From NCBI RefSeq assembly GCF_046119375.1, contig NW_027362762.1:816540001-816604000 (forward strand): a stretch of DNA of 64,000 bases, read 5' to 3'. The stretch's first letter is position 1. The number at the start of each line of letters is the position of its first letter. Positions 48,918 through 59,547 of this stretch are shown here, in pieces. The notes beneath the pieces are model-generated. The model searched no databases. It was not told where the DNA came from and saw only the letters and a list, made by a program, of their open reading frames with translations. The position numbers and the translations under genes were made by a program. Source of the DNA: Phyllobates terribilis (Eukaryota).

Positions 48918-49950
48918 CAGGCCCGGCGTCAGCACTCGGGCAAGAGCCGGGGTCCTGAGCAGGCAGGGGGCTCACTCGCTGTTGGGCATCCCGGCACGCA
49001 ATGGGACCTGTGAGCGGAGGGGAGCAGTGCCAGCGCCCACCCCTCCCCCCCACTTCCTCAGGGCTCTGGCACAATACTTACCTCTCCACGTGCCTCCTCA
49101 GCAGGTCCTGTATCTTCCGCGGTTGCTGCACTGTGACGTCTCAGGTCAGAGGGCGCAATGACATCTTTCCACCGTGTCCTCACCTGAGCAGTCACAGCGC
49201 AGAGCGGGAAGACGGCGACACGGATGAGGAGTCAGGAGCAGCGGCAGCAATGAGAGCATTGGCAGCAGGTGAGGAGAAGTGAGGTGAGTTTTTGATTTTC
49301 TTTTTTTTTATGCATGGAGGCATGGAGAATTATAGGGGGGACGACAGCCTGCATGGGGCATTAAGTGTGTGTGGGGGGGGAACAGCCTGCATGGGGCATT
49401 ATGTGGGGGGGGACAGCCTGCATAAGGAATTATGTGGGGGGACGACAGCCAGCATGGGGCATTATGTTGGGGGAACAGCCTACACGGGGCATTATGTGTG
49501 GGGGGGACCACCTGTATGGGGCATTATGTGGGGGGAACACCCTGCATGGGGCATCATGTGGGGGGAACAGCCTGCATGGGGCATCATGTGGGGGGAACAG
49601 CCTGCATGGGGAATTATGTGTGGGGAAAAGCCTGCATGGGGCATTATGTGGGGGGAACAGCCTGCATGGGACATTATATGGAGGCCAGTATCCTGTATGG
49701 AGCATTCTATGGGGGCCAGTATCCTGCATGGAGCATTTTATGGGGTCCATTATTCTGGATGAACGACTATGTAGAGCTCATAATACTGTATGGAGGACTA
49801 TGTGGTGCCCATAATACCATATGGAGGACTATACTGTCCGGTCTGCACTGAGCGCTGCGAGGATTCGCCGGTTTCTGAGCTATTGTCGAATTTACAATAG
49901 ATATCGCTCATGTAATGTAAGAAGTGAAATCTTTGGCATTGTACTATATA
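48918..49950. mobile_element. Truncated copy of the 41098 hAT family in opposite orientation, with 30-bp minisatellite 49330-49700
   Basis: Starts CAGGCCCGGCGTCAGCAC; 49860-49950 is the reverse complement of about 41200-41290. Interrupted by a Tc1 end at about 49954. Confidence 0.7.
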
Positions 49951-52462
49951 TGCACTGCTCAAAAAAATGAAGGGAACACTCAAATAACACATCCTAGATC
50001 TGAATGAATGAAATATTCTCTTTGAATACTTTGTCCTGTACAAAGTTGAATGTGCGGACAACAAAATCACACAAAAATCATCATTGGAAATCAAATTTAT
50101 TAACCAATGTAGGCTTGGATTTGGAGCCACCCCCAAAATTAAAGTGGAAAAACACACTACAACCTCCAGAAATCAACTTATTATATAACATTTCTATAAA
50201 TACATGATACAAAGCTTATTTCATTTGTCTAAATGTTGATATATCAAAATCACCTTACCAACTGTTACATCAGTAGTGTAATCTTTAAAACTAAAATATT
50301 GTGACTCTTGCTACTCTTAGACTAAATGGTGAAACCATCGCCCTTTATATGTAAGATTTTATATGTTTATATGGACTTTCTCATTTTTCATTTTAAATCT
50401 TTTGTAAATCAGATTTATTAATATAATGCATTACAAGAAATACAAACTTTGAGAATTAAGCAGAATATGGCATATCGCAATATAGCAATTTTATAGCTTG
50501 TTTAGAGAATGCCAATTGTAGTTAGATAACACTTAAAGATTGTAGACCATTCTAATCATTGATAACAAGTATATTCCATAATAGAATATGATAATATAAG
50601 TATAGTGATATGTAGAAGAAAAGGAGTGAATAAAAAGGAATGGGTTAAGGGAGAGAGTAAGAATGCATTGGCGAGGGGGAAGAAGGGAAGGGAGTTAGGT
50701 TTTGGGTCTCTCCTCCGGACAAGTCCGGGCCCTCAGCCCAGAGAGAAGACAAGGTCGATTGGACCAGGATGTGGTATGAATTAGTGTTCTGGTAACCAGG
50801 CAACCAAGTCTGATGTTTCCCTGAACGCAATCCAGGGGGTCCAAAGTATTATAAATCTTGTCAGAATTTCCGGCAACTTGGCCTATCAATTGCTCCATTC
50901 TATAGATGTTATTGAGTTCAGATATGAATTCAGAATGTGGTGTCGATTTTTCTTGATTCCAGTACTGGGGGATCAGATTCCTGGTAGCCATGAGAAAGTG
51001 TCTGAGCAGTCCCTTTTTAAATCTAGATATCGAAATGTCTCTTAAAGATGATAAGACTAACTCCATTGAGAGTTGGATATTGTGTATAGAGAGTTTGTTG
51101 TAGAGTTCAAATATTGGCACCCACAATTTCTTAATAGGTGGGCATGCCCACCATATATGTATGTACGAGCCTTTGTCTTCCAAAGATCTCCAGCTGGTGT
51201 CTGAACTTGTGGGGAACATAGAGTGGATGGCAGAGGGACATCTATAACACCGTGATAGGACCTTATAGCTCCTCTCCTGTGACACCGAGCATAGCGAAGA
51301 CCTGAATGTGAATAGGAGGATTTTCGATCGATCCTCGGATGATAGGGGTCCTCCCAGTTCACTCTCCCATTTTGAGAAGAACAAAGGAAAATCGTGTGTG
51401 GTTGTTTGACCTTCTTGGTATGATTTATATAATAAAGAGACGGTGTGATATGGAGGGCTCTTTATTACTCGAAGTGTTTCGAAAGGCGGAAGTGGTCTAA
51501 AGACATTGGTTTGTTTGGCCATTGCATTAATGAAGCTTTTTAGTTGTTCATGAAACCAGGAACCTGCAGGAGGTTCTTCACGAAGAAAATTTCTTGTAAT
51601 GATCTTATTCCGGTTTGATTTATGTAATCATAAATAATAGGTTGTGAGTTTTTATGTTTGTTTAAGAAGATTATTTTGTTGATGCCTGCTGTGAATGATG
51701 GGTTATCATAAACTGGAGTTAATGGACCGGATGTGGGCAATATATGAAGAGACCTATTCCTTTGTCTAAAGAATAGTTTGAGATTTTTGGTAAGGACGGG
51801 GAGGGGCTCGCCTCTTTCCTCCAGAGCTCTTGCAGACCACAGGACCGCCTGCGGGTCACGACAGGAGAGGTCCTTTTCAAAGTTAACCTATTTTTTGTTG
51901 TTTTTATTATGGATAGATCTAGTACACATGTTCCGAGTGAGGCAGAGCTATAAAGAGTGAAATTGGGTAGTCGAATTTGGATTTACTTTATAGGAAGTAA
52001 GAGAGGTGTGGTCGGTTATGGGACCATATGAATCTGCTAATCGCTTTCTTAAGTCGGGAGAAAAAGGAAGCAGGTAAATACAGTGGGATTGTTTGGAAGA
52101 AGTATAGAAGGCACGGTAGAAGGTCCATTTTTATTGCATTGACCCTTCCAAACCAAGATAGCTGTAGTTTGTGCCATTTCTCTAGATCAAGCTCAGCTTT
52201 ATTTAAAGCATTCTTGAAGTTAGCATCATACAATTGGGATGTTTTGGCGGTTATTTTAATTCCTAAATAGGTAATTGAATTAGAGCGCCATTTGAAGGGA
52301 AAGGCGGCAGCTAATTGGGTCACTAATGATGGTTGCAATGATATTTTCATTATCTCAGATTTGTGGGAGTTTATTTTAAAATTACTTAGGGAGCCAAATT
52401 TGTGTAATTCCGAAATTATATTTGGTATACTTATGATCGGGGATGTAATATATAAAAGGATA

Positions 52463-53657
52463 TGACGCACCCCCTGGGCCAGTGTTGTTTGGGGGATACC
52501 CGGAGCCGGATCAGATGGGGGTTGTAGTCTCCGAGTGGCGGTGACCCGGTCCGTGCCCAGGGTGTCAAGCTCAGTGTGAGGCAGTCCTACAGATGTTACT
52601 GGATGTTCTTTAGTGTCGACTACGCCACCCATTGATTTGCGGTCACTACGGCCGCCGCTGCAGCAGGGTCCGCTGAGGCTGGTGGTGTGTGTGCAGCTCA
52701 GGTAGTATAACCCCCAACGGGAGGGGTATAGCCTCAGGGGGTCAGTTGTAGAGGGTGGTGGTTGTGGTGGTGCAGTGAGAGTGGTAATAAGACTCCGAGT
52801 CGGGCTGTGCAGTTCAGGGTTTTACTTACTGCTTTTGTGTTGGTCACTCCGGCCTTGAGTGACCACCCGAGCCGTGCTGCGTCCACCAGGTCCTGGACTC
52901 GGCCAACCCCCAGGTGATTCTGGAGCGTGGTCCTGAGCTCCCTTTCTGACTTGTCCTTCTCTCTGGCCTTCCCCACCAGGGATCCACCTAAGTCCGGCTC
53001 CCTCGGGCCTCTTGTTGGTAAACCCTTGTCTCTGGGTTCCCTGACCCTATTCTTGGTGTGCCTTCCGGGTGGATTTAGTGGGTGGTCGTGGCAGATCCTG
53101 CCCACGACCTCCGGTCTCTGGCTAAGGATTAGGGCCCTCCACCAGCTTGGGATCCGGTACCCTTGTGCCAACTCTTCACCCTCTGGTCTAATTTTGGGTT
53201 CTTGGAGTTCCCTCTTCTCCCCCTCTGGGTCCTTCTTTCTCCTCTCTCTCTCTCTCTTGGCCTTGGAGCTGGCTGAGCTGTTCTGCTTGTCTGACCAAAC
53301 CTCTACAAAAGACCCTGTTCTAAGATGGTTCCCACCTTATATACTCCCTCTATGTGTGAGCTCAGGTGACCAGCACCCAATGAGCTCCTAGCATTACCCA
53401 GACTGCTCCCCCTATCTGCCCCTACACTACTGGGATGTTCCACCCCCCCTCCCACTCCAGCCAAGGACAGACACTATCGTACCTGCACATTTCTCTAGTG
53501 GGAGTACCATTGGTCTGTCCCCCGGAAATGGGATGTGTGTAGTGCATGCAGCCTACTGAGCTCAGTTCCACACTCCATCCTTACCCGGGAGTGGAATACC
53601 ACACCTCTGGCTTGAGGTGTAATACCCCTGTAGCAGCCGAATCCTCAGGGTGCTACA
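52463..53657 (-). repeat. 3' LTR
   Basis: Direct repeat of 56045-57239 with about half a dozen differences seen by eye. Confidence 0.97.
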
Positions 53658-53666
53658 TTCCCCCCT
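53658..53666 (-). promoter_or_regulatory. Polypurine tract
   Basis: AGGGGGGAA directly before the TGTAGC start of the 3' LTR on the minus strand. Confidence 0.85.
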
Positions 53667-54078
53667 GGTAAATCACAGCACGTCCTCGGGCTGTAAGATA
53701 TAAAAACATCCAAAACATACAATTTTTTTTCATAAACATAAACATATAAAACATCACATAAAACTTTTCATAAAAACTCTTCATAAATAACGTCCTTGTA
53801 AACACTCTTGCTCCTCCGGCCACGGTGCAACTTGTGACCGGGAAAAGCGCGACAGTCTCTTTAAGAAAAACAACAGTTTACTATAAAACCGGTAGGGGGC
53901 GCCTTAGGAAGCGCAACTATATACAAGGGGAATATGGCCGCTCTCAGTCCTCGGCCAGGTAATGGGAATAGGGACACATGGTTTAACAGTTCACTCTTGT
54001 CCCAACGGGGACTTATTTAAAGCAGCAACAGTTCACTGTACCCCGATGGGTAACTATTTACAGTCTCTTTACCGTACT

Positions 54079-55863
54079 CTAATGACGGCGTCCTCCTGCT
54101 CCTTCTTTGGATTTAGACCCGTCCGGGTCCTCCTGCTCCTCCTCACACCGCAGCTCCTCCTCCGTCAGGCGATGTACATGGAGGACGTAGGGTCCTTTGG
54201 CACACTTGTGCCGGGTGAAGGTGACCTCGTCCCCTACGTACAGGTCACGACCTCTGTGTCCCTCCGGCAGATGGCTTTCTACGTCTCTGCGTGTGACAAA
54301 GACGTCGCCGGGGGTATGATGGTCTTTTATGAAGCCCCACCCATGCTGCAGGTTGAATTTATTCACAGTCCCGGTGGTACGGGGACCATGAGCTGCACGG
54401 GGGTTCCTCCTGGTCCGGCTCTTCTGCTCCGCGCTCCTTATCTGTGCTTGCTGTTCCCGGACCCGCCTCTCTCTCCGCTCCTCCTCGAAGACCTCGAGCT
54501 GCTGGCGGCAGCACTCTGCACGCTCCGCTGCGGCCGCCCGAGTCTCCTGAGTGAACCCCATGAGGTCTCCTCCGGTGGGGTCCCACTCAAACTGTGCCTC
54601 CTCTAGCGGGGGCTGGGTCCTCCTGACGGGCTTCGGAACCGGAATCAGGGGTTCATCTAGGGGTCTTTCTTTCCGGAGTCGGGGATGGTGAAACTCCGGT
54701 GGCCATATGAAGGGCTGCCCATCCGGGCACGTATGCTGGGCGAACAGGTCCTCACCCAGGTGCGGTACTTTAGGTGTTATGGGCGCTGTGGTGGTAGCGG
54801 CGCCCGGGTTGACCAGGCCTTGCGACCAGGCTTGGGGCACGCTAAAGGAAAAGGGCACCGTAAGAACGGCGGCGCCTGTGGTTACTCGGCCCTGCGACCA
54901 GGCTGGTGGCTCCGCGGAGGTAGGGGGCGCTGTTGGAATGGCGGCGCCCGGGGGTACTAGGCCTTGCGACCAGGCTGATGGTATTTCCTGCTTTGCCGCG
55001 CTCAGGGTCGAAGCGCGTGACGTCACAGGGGTCGCGGCCACGGGTTCCGGTTGAGGCCTAGTCTGCGGCGGTGACGATGCAGCGACGGGCACGGCAGGGG
55101 GAATTTCGGGCTCTGCGACGGGGAGCTGGGGCAGGTACACGGTTTCCCGGCTCGGGGTAGAGACGTCCCCTTTACCTGCCTCCGTCCGTTCAGCTCCCTT
55201 CTCGGCGCCGTCTCCGGCCTTGAGTCCTCCTGCACCATCCTCAGAGGCGGTCTGTCTCCTCGTCTCGGGTGGCGTGCTCCGCTGATGGGTTTCGGTCCGC
55301 TGGGCCATCTCTCGGCTCCACTCCGCCAACGTCTCTCGCTGCACCCGGGCCATCCTCCGTGCGAGGCCCTCCAGCGCAGTCTGTGCACACTCCCGGTCTC
55401 GGGGGAGCTGTGCCAGGACCTCCACTAGGCCTAGTGGGGTTGTTGCTTGCAGCAGGCTCCTGACCACTGGGTCAGTGCTGCCTGACTCTCCCTCCATCTC
55501 CGGGTAGGCTCTCTCTGGACTCCTCTCCAGACTTCTTGTCTCCGGGTGCGCTCTCTCCAGACTGCTCCAGGCGACACCCATCTTTGCTCTCTTGTTCTGT
55601 CTCCGCCCACATTGAGGGTGGTCCCGGGGCCACTTTGTGATTGTCAGTTCCAGGGGCAGTTCTCTCACGCTGATGGACACTTCCAGCATCACAGTCTCTG
55701 TTGGTGGGGGCGGTTTCCGCTTTTGGCGCCATTCTTCGACCTGGCCCACGATGGGAGGTGGCCTCTTGCCACCCTCTGGCACGCCCATAATGGCGTCCGC
55801 TCTTCCAAGGCGGGAAATCTTTGGAAATGGCGGGAATCGTCTCCCAGTGGCGGGAAACTCCAT
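54079..55863 (-). CDS. LTR-element protein, 594 aa from the first ATG: low-complexity and coiled-coil regions plus a C-terminal cold-shock domain (about 54166-54375)
   Basis: Uninterrupted ORF. TGTVNKFNLQHGWGFIKDHHTPGDVFVT...LYVGDEVTF...KGPYVLHV aligns by eye with the Y-box CSD (GTVKWFN..GYGFI..EDVFVH..GETVEF..KGAEAANV). True start uncertain. Confidence 0.85.
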   Translation of the reverse strand: MEFPATGRRFPPFPKISRLGRADAIMGVPEGGKRPPPIVGQVEEWRQKRKPPPPTETVMLEVSISVRELPLELTITKWPRDHPQCGRRQNKRAKMGVAWSSLERAHPETRSLERSPERAYPEMEGESGSTDPVVRSLLQATTPLGLVEVLAQLPRDRECAQTALEGLARRMARVQRETLAEWSREMAQRTETHQRSTPPETRRQTASEDGAGGLKAGDGAEKGAERTEAGKGDVSTPSRETVYLPQLPVAEPEIPPAVPVAASSPPQTRPQPEPVAATPVTSRASTLSAAKQEIPSAWSQGLVPPGAAIPTAPPTSAEPPAWSQGRVTTGAAVLTVPFSFSVPQAWSQGLVNPGAATTTAPITPKVPHLGEDLFAQHTCPDGQPFIWPPEFHHPRLRKERPLDEPLIPVPKPVRRTQPPLEEAQFEWDPTGGDLMGFTQETRAAAAERAECCRQQLEVFEEERRERRVREQQAQIRSAEQKSRTRRNPRAAHGPRTTGTVNKFNLQHGWGFIKDHHTPGDVFVTRRDVESHLPEGHRGRDLYVGDEVTFTRHKCAKGPYVLHVHRLTEEELRCEEEQEDPDGSKSKEGAGGRRH

Positions 55864-56021
55864 GGATGGCAGGAAAAAGCTGCAAATGGCGGACAACCGG
55901 CGGGAAACGACCTGTGATGGGGTCCGTTGGCGGGGACCCTCCGGAACCGGCGGGAGACTTCTTTTTAAGGTAACGGTGAACTTTTCTTCAGGCACGCAGT
56001 ACCCGGTTGTTGCGGGCACGT

Positions 56022-56040
56022 AATCCTGCCGACTACGCCA
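56022..56040 (-). promoter_or_regulatory. Primer-binding site for tRNA-Ser
   Basis: TGGCGTAGTCGGCAGGATT, 4 nt after the 5' LTR, is complementary to the 3' end (AATCCTGCCGACTACG-CCA) of vertebrate tRNA-Ser(AGA/TGA) as recalled from known sequence. Confidence 0.9.
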
Positions 56041-56044
56041 AAGT

Positions 56045-57239
56045 TGACGCACCCCCTGGGCCAGTGTTGTTTGGGGGATACCCGGAGCCGGATCAGATGG
56101 GGGTTGTAGTCACCGAGTGGCGGTGACCCGGTCCGTGCCCAGGGTGTCAAGCTCAGTGTGAGGCAGTCCTACAGATGTTACTGGATGTTCTTTAGTGTCG
56201 ACTACGCCACCCGTTGATTTGCGGTCACTACGGCCGCCGCTGCAGCAGGGTCCGCTGAGGCTGGTGGTGTGTGTGCAGCTCAGGTAGTATAACCCCCAAC
56301 GGGAGGGGTATAGCCTCAGGGGGTCAGTTGTAGAGGGTGGTGGTTGTGGTGGTGCAGTGAGAGTGGTAATAAGACTCCGAGTCGGGCTGTGCAGTTCAGG
56401 GTTTTACTTACTGCTTTTGTGTTGGTCACTCCGGCCTTGAGTGACCACCCGAGCCGTGCTGCGTCCACCAGGTCCTGGACTCGGCCAACCCCCAGGTGAT
56501 TCTGGAGCGTGGTCCTGAGCTCCCTTTCTGACTTGTCCTTCTCTCTGGCCTTCCCCACCAGGGATCCACCTAAGTCCGGCTCCCTCGGGCCTCTTGTTGG
56601 TAAAACCCTTGTCTCTGGGTTCCCTGACCCTATTCTTGGTGTGCCTTCCGGGTGGATTTAGTGGGTGGTCGTGGCAGATCCTGCCCACGACCTCCGGTCT
56701 CTGGCTAAGGATTAGGGCCCTCCACCAGCTTGGGATCCGGTACCCTTGTGCCAACTCTTCACCCTCTGGTCTAATTTTGGGTTCTTGGAGTTCCCTCTTC
56801 TCCCCCTCTGGGTCCTTCTTTCTCCTCTCTCTCTCTCTCTTGGCCTTGGAGCTGGCTGAGCTGTTCTGCTTGTCTGACCAAACCTCTACAAAAGACCCTG
56901 TTCTAAGATGGTTCCCACCTTATATACTCCCTCTATGTGTGAGCTCAGGTGACCAGCACCCAATGAGCTCCTAGCATTACCCAGACTGCTCCCCCTATCT
57001 GCCCCTACACTACTGGGATGTTCCACCCCCCCCCCACTCCAGCCAGGGACAGACACTATCGTACCTGCACATTTCTCTAGTGGGAGTACCATTGGTCTGT
57101 CCCCCGGAAATGGGATGTGTGTAGTGCATGCAGCCTACTGAGCTCAGTTCCACACTCCATCCTTACCCGGGAGTGGAATACCACACCTCTGGCTTGAGGT
57201 GTAATACCCCTGTAGCAGCCGAATCCTCAGGGTGCTACA
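56045..57239 (-). repeat. 5' LTR
   Basis: TGTAGC...GCGTCA on the minus strand, with TATATAA at 56920-56926 and an AGTAAA poly(A)-signal variant near 56405. Confidence 0.97.
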
Positions 57240-57726
57240 GATATCATCCACAAATAATGCTAATTTATGGTCCTCCGATTGGAGCTTGACTCCCTTGATC
57301 GAGGAGTTACCACGTATTGCAGTTGCAAGGTATTCCATGGTTAGTTTGTATAGGAGGGGTGAAAGGGGGCAACCTTGCCTCGTGCCATTCCATATTGGGA
57401 ACGGGCTTGAAATGGAACCATTAACTTTAACTTGAGCAATAGGAGAGGTTTATACTGCAGTTATTCTACGGAGCATATTCCCCTGCAGTCCACTTCCCTT
57501 GAAAGCTTAAAATATGAGTTCCCAGTGTACCCTGTCAAACACTTTTTCTGCTTCAATCAACAAGATACACATGGGATCCCCCCCCAGCTCCATCTATCAA
57601 CAAAATTGTCCTTATGGTGTTGTCTCTCGCCTCACGTCCCGGGATGAATCTCACCTGGTCCTGATTTATCAGTCTTGGGAGAAGAGGACACAATCTTTTT
57701 GCGATCATTTTTGCATACATTTTTGA

Positions 57727-58737
57727 TGTAACACCCCTTCAGGGCTACCACGGTACGCTGGGTGTTATGGGGGGTCTCACCTCTCTAGGGCGCAGTGCCT
57801 CCACCCGAATCTTGATTGGAGCTCTCACTGGGACTGCAGAAGGACTGTTATCTTCTGCCAGGGGCTGATTCGGGAAGCCCCTGCCACAGCTCAGTACACA
57901 CTCATCTGGAACAGGAGTAAAACTGTTTAACAGGTTTATTGCTATGCAGCAGGAATGGGATGGATTTAAAGACATAACATACAATACAAGTAACGGTGCT
58001 CTGTAAAAATCATATACATATCACAATCTAGTTCTTCCCCGACCCTGCAAATATAACGTAGCAGGTTTTCCCTTTTTTGTATTAACTCAGTCCAAACGTT
58101 GAGGCCCAGTTGCCGCGGATGTTGGCGCGCAAATTTATAACCGTTGGTGCACCTAGATGAATATTAACGTCAATAGTCTGGGTTGTAGTGTACTCACTGT
58201 AAATAGCGCTGGTAGAACCACAAGTCTCAGAAGGGCACTCACAGTGCGTCTCAAACGGTCGTATGTTTCCCTGGACACCAGCTGGGGGCGGCAGGATTCA
58301 GGCCTTTATACGGTGGGAGTGCCGGCAGAACTCTCCGAGTCCTTGATGTCACTTGCTTCACCAGGTGACAAGGCCACGCTCTCTCCAGCAGCGCGGGTAT
58401 ATCAGAGGGGACGGCAACGCTCTGCAGCGTAGAGGAATACAGATCCACAGCTCTCCGTCTTTCACAACAACAAGCTGCCATACTCCTTTCCCTCTCAAGT
58501 TTTACTTTCACTTTCTGCCCAGCTCCCTACCCCAAGTTCCTCCTCCCTCCTATCCTTCCAGGCTGTGTTATCTGACTGAAACAAGGATCCATGGGAATTG
58601 TAGTCCACTGCAGCTCAGGGAAAAAATGATTAATGTCTGTAGGTCCCTGTTTAACAGCAGCTGCAAAGCTCTTCTTAGTGTCTGTAAGTCCCAGTATACC
58701 AGTAGCTGCTCTGACAGTTCCATGTGCAGGTGTTACA
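57727..58737. mobile_element. Solo LTR (1011 bp) in L1 ORF2
   Basis: TGTAACACC / GGTGTTACA ends and a 4-bp TSD TTGA (57723-57726, 58738-58741). Removal restores RPISLINLDIKMYAK. Confidence 0.88.
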
Positions 58738-59547
58738 TTGATGTCTAGGTTTATCAGGGAAATGGGGCGATAACTACTGCACGATGATAAATCTTTTCCT
58801 GGTTTGGGGAGCACTGTGATGTGGGCAGATCAGGCCTGAGATGGAAAAGAGCCTCCCAGTGATATGAAGTTACATACCGATAGGTATAGAGGGCTTATAA
58901 GTTCAGAAAACTGTTTATAGAAACCAGCAGAATATCCATCGGGGCCAGGGCTTTTCCCTTGCTTTAATTCTTTCATGGTGGTAGTGACTTCTTCAAGCGA
59001 AAAGACATTTTTTAAATGTAATAGTGCTTCCTCTGGGACTGCGGGTAATTTATTCTGCTGCAGATATAATTTGATTTTATTGCGGAGTGACTGCACTGGG
59101 AGGTTTTTAAAATGCCCAGCTATATTGTAAAGAGATTTGTAGTACTTCCTTTTAAATCTTAGTTGTTTTTTTTTAAAAAAACTTTGAAAAAAAAATCTTA
59201 ATCTTTTATTGCTATTCTGTATTTCAAATTTATAATTTGCATATTCTTTACATTCCATATTATTAACGGTATAGAAGATGTGGCTTCAATTATCTATAGA
59301 CATACATACAGTACAGACCAAAAGTTTGGACACACCTTCTCATTTACAGATTTTTCTGTATTTTCATGACTATGAAAATTGTACATTCACATTCGTACTG
59401 TATATTTCAGCTCTGTATCCAGAAATAGTATTCCCATAAACTTTTGTACAAAAAGTTTGCAGATCAGCGTGTGACTGATGTCGGAAAAAAAGGAAAAGAA
59501 ATACATTTAATTAACTGAAAAAAGGATGACGAAAAACATGTTAACTA

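Larger units (their letters stand above)
52463..57239 (-). mobile_element. Young non-autonomous LTR retroelement encoding a cold-shock-domain protein
   Basis: Two 1195-bp LTRs (TG...CA), 4-bp TSD GATA (52459-52462, 57240-57243), tRNA-Ser PBS, PPT and a single long ORF. No gag or pol motifs recognised. Confidence 0.95.
50395..59285 (-). mobile_element. 5'-truncated L1 (ORF2 RT and 3' end), split by two LTR insertions
   Basis: KSPGPDGY, YRPISLINLDI|KMYAK, GTRQGCPLSP, LFVDDI|LLYI, YLGIKI and HIWWACP motifs. Poly(A) signal AATAAA on the minus strand near 50415. Confidence 0.93.

Noticed and set aside
52455-52465. Apparent targeting of RT catalytic motifs (LTR element after L1 FVDD; hAT within DIRS IDxxDA)
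   Set aside because: Two events by unrelated mechanisms with different TSDs; chance is sufficient.
52734-53391. ORFs within the LTRs (also 56316-56974)
   Set aside because: Duplicated only because the LTR is duplicated; the single-base indel between LTRs changes their frames; no motifs.
54166-54375. Host YBX or LIN28 gene
   Set aside because: Intronless, enclosed by LTRs with a TSD, and lacks the flanking Y-box or CCHC regions.
55864-56052. N-terminal extension of the 657-aa ORF in the track
   Set aside because: It begins at a GTG inside the LTR and reads through the PBS. The first ATG is at 55863.
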